A DNA stretch of 32,000 nt, from contig NC_020409.1 in assembly GCF_000341895.1 (NCBI RefSeq), positions 2,460,001 to 2,492,000 of the forward strand, given 5' to 3'. Of the stretch, positions 17,773 through 24,763 are shown in pieces. Position 1 is the stretch's first letter. The number at the start of each line of letters is the position of its first letter. The notes under the pieces were generated by a model that worked only from the letters and a program-made list of their open reading frames with translations, was not told where the DNA came from and did not search any database. The translations under genes and the position numbers were made by a program. The stretch comes from Pseudodesulfovibrio piezophilus C1TLV30. Its GTDB lineage: Bacteria; Desulfobacterota; Desulfovibrionia; Desulfovibrionales; Desulfovibrionaceae.

Positions 17773-18906
17773 ATGCAGCTGAAAAGTGTCCAATTCCTGT
17801 TTCTCTTGATTGTCCTATTCGTGATTCTCCTGACTCCGTCTCAAGGAGAGGCAGGGGAGGTCATGGTTCTCCATTCCACAGACAGAAGTGATGGCCGTAC
17901 TGCATCGTTGATGCAGGGCATCCGTGACGCCCTTGGCAGCGACTTCAGTGTTTCAGAAGTGTTCCTCGGTACAGCCACTGACGACGAAGATCACTACGAC
18001 GATCAGTTCCAAAAACTTTTTTCTTCTCAGCCGGATGATTCTGTCGTTGCCGTGGTGACTGATGGGTCGGAGGCCTTTTCATTCATGCGAAAATTTCGCG
18101 AAGATCTTTATGTCGGTACCCCCGTGATCTATTGTGGGCAAGCAAGGCCGAATCCGGAATTTTTGCGTCAATGCGGCAATTGCACCGGGGTGCCCCTTCA
18201 TGATGGAGTCGCTGCGACGGTTGATCTGATCTTTTCTCTTGTCCCGACGACAGAGACAGTGGTGGGAATCCTTGACGCCACTCCGGGAAGCCGGGAACTT
18301 CGGTCGCAGGTAGAGCAGGCCATGGAGCCGTATTTCAGCCACGCCCAGCTCATTTTTCCGGGATATGAACCTGGTGATGACGATGGACTTGATATGGCAC
18401 AGCTTGCCAGGGTTGCTGCCAGTGTGCCGCCATCAGCAGCAGTCCTGTTTCTGGATTTTTCCGTGGACAATTCGGGGGAGCCGGTTCTTCCGGCTGATGC
18501 TGTTCGTGAGGTGACCCGGCTCAGTGACGCACCTGTGTATGTCCTGAACGATCAATGGCTGGGAGCAGGAGTGCTTGGCGGGGTGTTTGTGACTGGCCAG
18601 ACGCAGGGCCTCCGTGTTGGACACTTGGTCCAACGGGTGCTTTCCGGGGAACGGGCAGAGGAGATGCTGCCAGAAAGTCCTGAATTGGATGTGGTGTTGG
18701 ACCAGACTGTCATGGCCCGCTTCGGTCTGGGCAGAGATGCCTTACCTCCGGGGGCAAAGGGGATCAACCCAGTCCCCAGCCCGGATATAGTGGAAGGCGT
18801 CTCTCCAGTGTGGTACGGGTTTGCCGTGGCAGGTCTCATCCTTGTTCTGGTTGTTGTTTGGGTCAGGAGCCGAGCAACTCAAAAAGATAGGCGGTCTGGA
18901 GACTGA
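17773..18906 (+). CDS. stand-alone periplasmic ABC-substrate-binding-like sensor domain with a signal peptide and a single C-terminal TM anchor; no output domain
   Basis: The track ORF spans 17605..18906. I place the start at ATG 17773 (MQLKSVQFLFLLIVLFVILLTPSQGEA). The protein is paralogous to the periplasmic domain of the 597-4178 kinase: VTDGSEAFSFMRKFREDLYVGTPVIYCG matches VTDNNALEFMRRFHDELFPNVPVVFCG, and APVYVLNDQWLGAGVLGGVFVTGQTQG matches VPVYGLLDFDLGHGIVGGMLTSGYSQG. It ends with WYGFAVAGLILVLVVVWV followed by a 13-aa tail. Confidence 0.8.
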   Translation: MQLKSVQFLFLLIVLFVILLTPSQGEAGEVMVLHSTDRSDGRTASLMQGIRDALGSDFSVSEVFLGTATDDEDHYDDQFQKLFSSQPDDSVVAVVTDGSEAFSFMRKFREDLYVGTPVIYCGQARPNPEFLRQCGNCTGVPLHDGVAATVDLIFSLVPTTETVVGILDATPGSRELRSQVEQAMEPYFSHAQLIFPGYEPGDDDGLDMAQLARVAASVPPSAAVLFLDFSVDNSGEPVLPADAVREVTRLSDAPVYVLNDQWLGAGVLGGVFVTGQTQGLRVGHLVQRVLSGERAEEMLPESPELDVVLDQTVMARFGLGRDALPPGAKGINPVPSPDIVEGVSPVWYGFAVAGLILVLVVVWVRSRATQKDRRSGD

Positions 18907-19078
18907 CCATTATCAGGACGGCACTGGTGGCGATGACGACCATCCGGCGGGTTTCCTGGCGGACTTTGAAGCAGATGTCGGCAAGTTGTTCGGAGATATA
19001 TTCCGTTGTGTATTTTTTGTGTTGCAGCCAGATCATGAGTGTCTCCTCGATGTATGGTGTGTGTTCGATTTTTCTCAT
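18863..19078 (-). CDS. possible 71-aa tail-anchored small protein (weak call)
   Basis: From ATG 19078 the product reads MRKIEHTPYIEETLMIWLQHKKYTTEYISEQLADICFKVRQETRRMVVIATSAVLIMVSLQTAYLFELLGS, with a hydrophobic C-terminal segment. There is no convincing SD, and the 3' end overlaps the convergent gene by 44 nt. Confidence 0.2.
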   Translation of the reverse strand: MRKIEHTPYIEETLMIWLQHKKYTTEYISEQLADICFKVRQETRRMVVIATSAVLIMVSLQTAYLFELLGS

Positions 19079-19210
19079 CAAGGGGCAGCGTACCGTCTTT
19101 GCTCTTTCCCACAAGCCTATTTGTCACAGGGGAGTGACGCCCGAAAAACAATTTCGAAGCGGTTTCGTGACATGGTTCGATTGTGTCGGAGCAGGGGTGG
19201 AGCGGTTGCT

Positions 19211-20233
19211 TCAGGAAGGAATCGTTTGGAGAAATCGGACAAGGGTCCGGCAGATGACCGGGTCGTACAGTTCTTCCCGATTGAGTAATTCGGCGGCGGC
19301 TTCGGCGGTCGAAAAGCCTCTTCGCTGGGGAGTGTCGGTTATCATGGCGCTGTATGTATCAGTGACGGCCACGATACGACCGAGTTGGCTGATGGCGTTC
19401 CCTTTCAGCTTATTCGGATACCCACTTCCGTTGAGGCGTTCGTGGTGCTGGAGCGCCGGTTCCCGTATTTCCGGTTGAATCAGACTCAATCGTGTCAGGA
19501 TGGTGTCGCTTTTGCCCGGATGTCCCCGCATGGTTCTTTGCTCCATGGGTGTCAATTTCTGTTTTCTACCGAGCATCAGATGCGATATCTTGGTCATTCC
19601 TATATCATAGAGAAAAAAACCGAGGGCGACGGCATTCAGTGTTTTTGAGTGCAGATCTTCCCTATGCAGTTTGGTATAGACCGCCAGTGCCATGAGCGAG
19701 GCATTAACCCTGCGGCGTGGTGGACTGAGGTCAGCATGAATGTGCTGGACTATCTTCATGATATGGCTTGGCGAACGGGAAAGATAGGAGCAGAGCGTTT
19801 CGAGCGTTTGAGTGAGTGCCTTCAGTTCTCTTGGCATGGGGTGGTCGAAGAGATCATCCTGCCTGATCTTCAACTCTCCGATGAGAATGGAGGACTTTTC
19901 TTCCCAAGCCAGGTTCGGGTCCTTGAGCGCCATTTTGATATTGGTAGCGACCGTGGCCGAGTACTGAGATATCTGTTTACGGGAAAAAAAGAGGTCGCCG
20001 TCTTCACTGAGTTCACGAAATCGTTCGCGCTGTGCCCCTGAGACATCTTCCCCAGCCGTATAAATACGTGAGAGAAGCCCTGCCGATTCCCTGAATTCGT
20101 ACAGGTCCACCGGGTACCTGACGGGTGGAAAGCATTCCAGAATATGCGGATCAATCTGATTATAGTCTTCCGTACTCAGATTATCCGGGTCATTATCCCT
20201 ACTGGATTTTGTATTATTCTCTACATCGGCCAT
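19211..20233 (-). CDS. HD-GYP family protein with a degenerate metal-binding motif (YD in place of HD) and a retained HHE..GYP
   Basis: The sequence reads RRRVNASLMALAVY...ALGFFLYDIGMTKISHLMLGRKQKLTPMEQRTMRGHPGKS...QHHERLNGSGYPNKL...VTDTYSAMITD. The YD codons are at nt 19604-19609 (TATGAT on the minus strand). Confidence 0.85.
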   Translation of the reverse strand: MADVENNTKSSRDNDPDNLSTEDYNQIDPHILECFPPVRYPVDLYEFRESAGLLSRIYTAGEDVSGAQRERFRELSEDGDLFFSRKQISQYSATVATNIKMALKDPNLAWEEKSSILIGELKIRQDDLFDHPMPRELKALTQTLETLCSYLSRSPSHIMKIVQHIHADLSPPRRRVNASLMALAVYTKLHREDLHSKTLNAVALGFFLYDIGMTKISHLMLGRKQKLTPMEQRTMRGHPGKSDTILTRLSLIQPEIREPALQHHERLNGSGYPNKLKGNAISQLGRIVAVTDTYSAMITDTPQRRGFSTAEAAAELLNREELYDPVICRTLVRFLQTIPS

Positions 20234-20307
20234 GCTTTACAAGCCCCGGTTATCAAGAAAGAGTTTTTCCTATAGCCTGGATACGATTTCTCGTCGAGTC
20301 CCAAATA

Positions 20308-20532
20308 TCAACTGAAGGCAATCCAGGAAACCGCAAGGGTCCACAAGAATCCGCAAAGCAGGGCCGTGCCCGGTATCATCCACCATTTGAGCAGGATGGG
20401 GTGGCCCCGTAGCGTGAATGTGCCGCAACAGGAAAAAAGGCTGAGAATCATTTGGATGAGCAAGCCGGAAGCGGCAAGGGCAGGCAGGGCGAAAATCCAG
20501 AAAACAGGGTCAGCGATCCAGGTTTCGCTCAC
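20308..20532 (-). CDS. 74-aa small membrane protein with two predicted TM helices
   Basis: The gene has a GTG start preceded by a strong SD (AAGGAGG, 8-nt spacer). The hydrophobic stretches are PVFWIFALPALAASGLLIQMILSLF and WWMIPGTALLCGFLWTLAVSWIAF. It sits between the DAC-fold gene and the HD-GYP gene on the same strand. Confidence 0.6.
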   Translation of the reverse strand: MSETWIADPVFWIFALPALAASGLLIQMILSLFSCCGTFTLRGHPILLKWWMIPGTALLCGFLWTLAVSWIAFS

Positions 20533-20570
20533 GAATATGACCTCCTTTTTTCACTTATCGGGGCCATGGG

Positions 20571-21995
20571 TCAGGCCATGATCCATTCGGCGAGAAGGGG
20601 AGGTCTGGGGAGGCCGTGGATTTGTTCAAAATGGCACTTTGCCGTCAGTTCCACTCCGTTCTTGATGATGGAGACCGGCCTGTCTGCCGAGACCACAACA
20701 ACAACGATCTCTTCATGCTCTGCTGTGAAACGCAGGGCTGAATTGAATCGCGCGCCACGCGCCCGATTTTCACCGGGGACACTCCGCCCGTCCATCAGAC
20801 ATCCGAAGCCATGCAGTTTCAGATCGCGGCCGATATGGAGTGCACCATCAAGCTTGGCCAGGGAACAGGCAAGTTTGAGTTGACTGCTCTCCTGGAGGTC
20901 AAGATCCTTTTCAAAGTGCTGGCCGGACATGGTCAGCAGATTTTCGCCGGTATCAATGACCAGAGTGCACCCGTGCTTGCGGTCGCGTACCCGGTTGACC
21001 AGGAGGGAAACTATTTTGAGCAGGGTGTGCTGTTCTCCCATCTCCATTTCGGTTTCCAGAAGCTGCTCTTCCAGTTGAACGAGATTTGCCCGTTGGTTTG
21101 ATGAGTGGAATCGACCGTCGAGAAAGCTGCAAATGAGGTTGTCCTTGATCCAGAGAAATCCATGTGTACCGCTGAATTGTGCTGCCAGATAGGAGCCGGG
21201 CATGGGGCCGATGGCAATACCCAGGATGCGTTGGCCGTCCGAGACAAGGACCCGCCCGGATTCTTCAACGGCCTGAAGAAGCTTGCGGACATGCTTGATA
21301 TCGTGCAGGTGCGGTTGTTCCAGGGAAGGAAATCGGCAGATGAATCGGACCCGATCCAGTTGGCTCGGTTCCACCACGACCACTCTCCCTCGCGGCCATT
21401 CTCCTTCTTCCTGCGTGGCGGAGACGCCCAGTATGGCATCAAGAAACGGGTAGACACGGATTCGGGTGTCAAGCCAGCCCTGGCGACTTCGTTCGTCCAC
21501 GATGTAGTCTCTGATAGCGTGGGTTGCGCAGTGCTGGAGTATGAATCCGGCTGTGTCGAGATTCTGCACATCGCGGGTCGCAAAATTCTGGGAGACCAGG
21601 CCTGCCGCATATTCCAGCCAACGCTCTGTCGGTCCCACTGAGCACATATCCGGGTGTTGTTCCGTAAACCATGCCTGATAGTGCATATGTCTGGAACGGG
21701 CGACCAAAGAAATAATACCGGAGAGGCCGAGGTCGTTCTCTTCATCTTCTCTAAGCTGCATTTCCCGTCCGGTGACGGCATCTCCTCGCCATTGGTTGGA
21801 ATAGAGGTAGTAGTCTCTGAGCTTGGGTTCGTGGCCACTCAGAAGATCCTGCGGATCGCAAATGCGGGGAGGGGAACCTGGAGTCTCGGCATAGATAAGC
21901 GCAGCACGGCTGGGATGGGAAAAGTGGGACAGGCCGTCCCGCAGTCCATCCAGGATATGGAATATGCAGATATTTTCAAACGATGCCATACTCAT
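20571..21995 (-). CDS. DisA_N/DAC (diadenylate cyclase) fold protein with an unassigned N-terminal region of about 330 aa; DGA motif present, RHR motif replaced by RFN
   Basis: The track ORF spans 20571..22046. I place the start at ATG 21995 (MSMASFENI...) with a GGGAAGAG purine tract upstream. The C-terminus HGCTLVIDTGENL...AKLDGALHIGRDLKLHGFGCLM...RARGARFNSALRFTAEHEEIVVVVVSADRPVSIIKNG aligns by eye with CdaA (IGALIVIERETGL...LHDGAVI...LGTRHRAAVGISE..D.L.IIVSEETGGVSVAKNG). Confidence 0.75.
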   Translation of the reverse strand: MSMASFENICIFHILDGLRDGLSHFSHPSRAALIYAETPGSPPRICDPQDLLSGHEPKLRDYYLYSNQWRGDAVTGREMQLREDEENDLGLSGIISLVARSRHMHYQAWFTEQHPDMCSVGPTERWLEYAAGLVSQNFATRDVQNLDTAGFILQHCATHAIRDYIVDERSRQGWLDTRIRVYPFLDAILGVSATQEEGEWPRGRVVVVEPSQLDRVRFICRFPSLEQPHLHDIKHVRKLLQAVEESGRVLVSDGQRILGIAIGPMPGSYLAAQFSGTHGFLWIKDNLICSFLDGRFHSSNQRANLVQLEEQLLETEMEMGEQHTLLKIVSLLVNRVRDRKHGCTLVIDTGENLLTMSGQHFEKDLDLQESSQLKLACSLAKLDGALHIGRDLKLHGFGCLMDGRSVPGENRARGARFNSALRFTAEHEEIVVVVVSADRPVSIIKNGVELTAKCHFEQIHGLPRPPLLAEWIMA

Positions 21996-22144
21996 GTGCT
22001 CTTCCCTTGACGTTGCGGGTATCCGGTGTGGATGCAGTGTATGCATGTAGCCTCAAAGAGTGAAGAAAGTCCAGATACACTCGCATGGATGGACCTCACC
22101 TTCTTTGCCTTCTGATTCTTTTTTGCGTGGCGGTTGTGCAACGA

Positions 22145-22160
22145 TGGAAAGAGGTTTGCT
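22145..22160 (+). promoter_or_regulatory. weak candidate sigma54 (-24/-12) promoter, TGGAAA-N5-TTGCT
   Basis: The GG (22146-22147) and GC (22158-22159) have the canonical spacing, and the -12 TTGCT is perfect. The -24 element is TGGAAA rather than TGGCAC. The site lies about 30 nt upstream of the DUF429 ATG. No enhancer-binding protein is encoded nearby. Confidence 0.2.
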
Positions 22161-22190
22161 TGCCGCCCGTTGGACGCGTATATAGAGAGG

Positions 22191-22919
22191 ATGAAATATG
22201 TTGGTGTGGATGCGTGCAAGTGTGGCTGGATGGCGGCGATCATGGACAAAACCGGGGTTCGGTGTGAAGTTTTTCCCGAATTTGCCGGAATATGGGATGC
22301 CCATTCGGATATTCAACGTCTTTTTGTGGATATCCCCGTGGGATTGGCCGCCGAAGGGGACAGGGGGGCTGATATGGAAGCTCGACGGTTCCTGCCGCCG
22401 GGATTCAAGAGTTCCATTTTTAATACGCCGGTTCGAAAGGCTCTTTATGCTAGGACAAACGCAGAGGCAAAATCGATAAATCAGGAATTGACCGGTAAGT
22501 CGTTATCTGAGCAATCACTGGGAATCAGCAAAAAAATTCGAGAAGTTGACCGTTGGCTTCAGGCCCACCAAAAGGAACAGGGAAAGGTCTTTGAGTCCCA
22601 CCCTGAGATATGTTTTATCCACTGTGCCGGGGGGCCATTGTCTTATGGGAAAAAGGATTTTCTTGGTACCTTGGAGCGCATGAAAATCGTAAGAAAATTT
22701 GTCAAGAGCGCGGAAGATCTGCTGGTCAGTGTTCGGGAGCGGTATACGCGGACCAACGTGGCTGCCGATGATATATTGGATGCCATGGTTCTGGCGGTTG
22801 TTGCAAAAGAATGCGACGGTAGACCGAGCTTCTTCCCTGCCGGGGTGGAGGAACCGCCCCAAGACGAGACCGGGCTTCCCATGGCTGTCTGGTATCATGA
22901 TTTTTCCAACCCCCGATAA
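22191..22919 (+). CDS. DUF429 family protein (predicted RNase H-like fold nuclease)
   Basis: I place the start at ATG 22191 (MKYVGVDACKCGW...) with AGAGAGG upstream. The pattern VGVDACK.GW...FVDIPVGL...ARRFL...SSIFNTP...KIREVD...ESHPEICF...GKKDFLG..ER matches my recollection of DUF429. Confidence 0.75.
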   Translation: MKYVGVDACKCGWMAAIMDKTGVRCEVFPEFAGIWDAHSDIQRLFVDIPVGLAAEGDRGADMEARRFLPPGFKSSIFNTPVRKALYARTNAEAKSINQELTGKSLSEQSLGISKKIREVDRWLQAHQKEQGKVFESHPEICFIHCAGGPLSYGKKDFLGTLERMKIVRKFVKSAEDLLVSVRERYTRTNVAADDILDAMVLAVVAKECDGRPSFFPAGVEEPPQDETGLPMAVWYHDFSNPR

Positions 22920-22931
22920 AGGGAGACTGTA

Positions 22932-24209
22932 ATGCAATGCGAAATCATGTCCATGGCTTGGAAAAAAGGCATGATAGTGCCACTCCTGGTCCTGCTACTG
23001 ACCTTGGGAGCCTGTATGAAAACAGTGCACCATCCGCCTCTTGAGGTGACCTTCCTGCCCAATCGGGGGGATTTTATTTCTGGATATGGTGATCCTCTTT
23101 CTCCTGCAGAGGTTATGGGAATGATGCGGGGGAAGGACTATATTTTGATAGGTGAAGGGCACAGGAATGTCTGTGACCACAAGATGCAACAACAGGTGCT
23201 GGGCGAGCTGACATCCTCTAATGTGCCTTTGGCGGTGGGATTGGAAATGGTCGCTGTTGATATGCAACCCATTCTCGATGATTTCGCTCAGGGCCAGATA
23301 GAGATGGATGATCTGGAAGAAGAACTGCAATGGAAGACGAAGTGGGGATATTCGTATTCACTTTTTCGCGGTCTCTTTGAAATTGCCCGGCGAAACAGCT
23401 TGCCTGTTGCCGGGTTGAATGTCCCGACACGAGTGACCAGGAAGATCACCAGGGAAGGGCTTGAAAGCCTGACCGATGAGGAGCGGGCATTTCTTCCCAA
23501 GGAGATTGTTCCCCCGTCCAATGCCCAGGTTCCTTTTTTGGATATGATTTTTTCTCAGCATTTCGAAAAGGATACCAAGGGTACGATCAAACGAGATCGT
23601 TTTCATCTGGTTCAATCCATTTGGGATTCTAAGATGGCCGAGGAGGCTGTTCGGCTCCATGGAGAATACAATTGGCCGGTCATGGTTATAGCCGGTGGTG
23701 GTCATGTGGAGAACGGGTGGGGTATAGCCCGGCGTATCCGACGTCTGGAGCCGGGAGCGAAGATTTTTATACTCATGCCGTGGCGCGGTGGTGACTTCGA
23801 CGACGAAGCGGCTGATGCCTTGTTCTACTGTCCAGACACCTATGAATCAAAGATGGGGGCGACCCTTGTTGCCACCGGAACGGAAGGGCTGCTGGTGGAA
23901 GCTGTCAAGCGGGATTCCAGAGCGGCCAAGGCCGGATTGCGGCCAGGGGATGTGCTTGTGGAAGCAGCCGGAATCAGGCTGGAGTCTCTTTTCAGCCTCC
24001 ACATGGCTGGTGCCAAGACATATGAGTTGGGCAAGGAACTTGTTTTCACTGTCCGGCGAGGTTCTGAAATATTTGAAGTGAATGTGGGAAAACTGGGACA
24101 GGGGAAAAAGACGATGTCCGGGAATAAAAAACATGGAATGGCCGGGGGCATGAAGAAGATGATGCCGAAGCAGAATGTGGATGACGCTGCCGGGAAGGAG
24201 AAGAACTGA
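22932..24209 (+). CDS. ChaN-family (haem-binding uptake, Tiki superfamily) lipoprotein with a C-terminal PDZ domain
   Basis: A lipobox LLLTLGAC is present. The ChaN-like core reads KDYILIGEGHRNVCDHKMQQQVL...LAVGLEMVAVDMQPILDDF...LPVAGLNVPTRVTRKITREG. The PDZ-like segment is GLLVEAVKRDSRAAKAGLRPGDVLVEAAG. GGGAG lies 7 nt upstream of the ATG. Confidence 0.78.
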   Translation: MQCEIMSMAWKKGMIVPLLVLLLTLGACMKTVHHPPLEVTFLPNRGDFISGYGDPLSPAEVMGMMRGKDYILIGEGHRNVCDHKMQQQVLGELTSSNVPLAVGLEMVAVDMQPILDDFAQGQIEMDDLEEELQWKTKWGYSYSLFRGLFEIARRNSLPVAGLNVPTRVTRKITREGLESLTDEERAFLPKEIVPPSNAQVPFLDMIFSQHFEKDTKGTIKRDRFHLVQSIWDSKMAEEAVRLHGEYNWPVMVIAGGGHVENGWGIARRIRRLEPGAKIFILMPWRGGDFDDEAADALFYCPDTYESKMGATLVATGTEGLLVEAVKRDSRAAKAGLRPGDVLVEAAGIRLESLFSLHMAGAKTYELGKELVFTVRRGSEIFEVNVGKLGQGKKTMSGNKKHGMAGGMKKMMPKQNVDDAAGKEKN

Positions 24210-24697
24210 TGCAAAAATTGATGTCTATTCTTGTGTGTCTTCTGGTTTTATTGCCTTCCATTGAAGCTTTTGGCCAGGGGCTTCCAGGCCTAATGGTCCA
24301 GACGGTGGGCGAACTGGAGCGTATCGAACTGATAACCGGATCGGCTGCACAGAAGGAAGTGAATCGGCTTCATGGCAAGAGCCTTGCGGCCGAGGCCAGT
24401 GCTGTGGCCCGATATGCGATTCCGGGGAGTACGAATCATCCGGCAGAAGTCTGGGTTTCCCGTGTCAGCTCGGAGCAGGAGGCGCGGCGTCAGACCGGTG
24501 AGATGGTCCACAAGATGTTCGAGAATCCGAATTCTCCTTTTCGGAACCCGCATCGTTTCGATCATGCAGGCAAGGCGGTCTATCATTTTGAAGGCATGGG
24601 CATGGTCCACCTCATCTGGTATAGCGGCGATCTCGTTTTTTGGATCAGTGCGGAGAGCGACCACGAATCCATACTGTTGGAAGCATTCTGTCGATAA
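24209..24697 (+). CDS. secreted hypothetical protein (162 aa)
   Basis: The protein begins with the signal peptide MQKLMSILVCLLVLLPSIEAFG. AAGGAG lies 8 nt upstream, and the start overlaps the upstream stop (TGATG). I do not recognise a family. Confidence 0.7.
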   Translation: MQKLMSILVCLLVLLPSIEAFGQGLPGLMVQTVGELERIELITGSAAQKEVNRLHGKSLAAEASAVARYAIPGSTNHPAEVWVSRVSSEQEARRQTGEMVHKMFENPNSPFRNPHRFDHAGKAVYHFEGMGMVHLIWYSGDLVFWISAESDHESILLEAFCR

Positions 24698-24763
24698 TTC
24701 CTTGGACGTTCAGTAGGGCAGGGAAAACTTTTCAGGCGCGGGGTTTTCAGGTATTCAGGGGCC

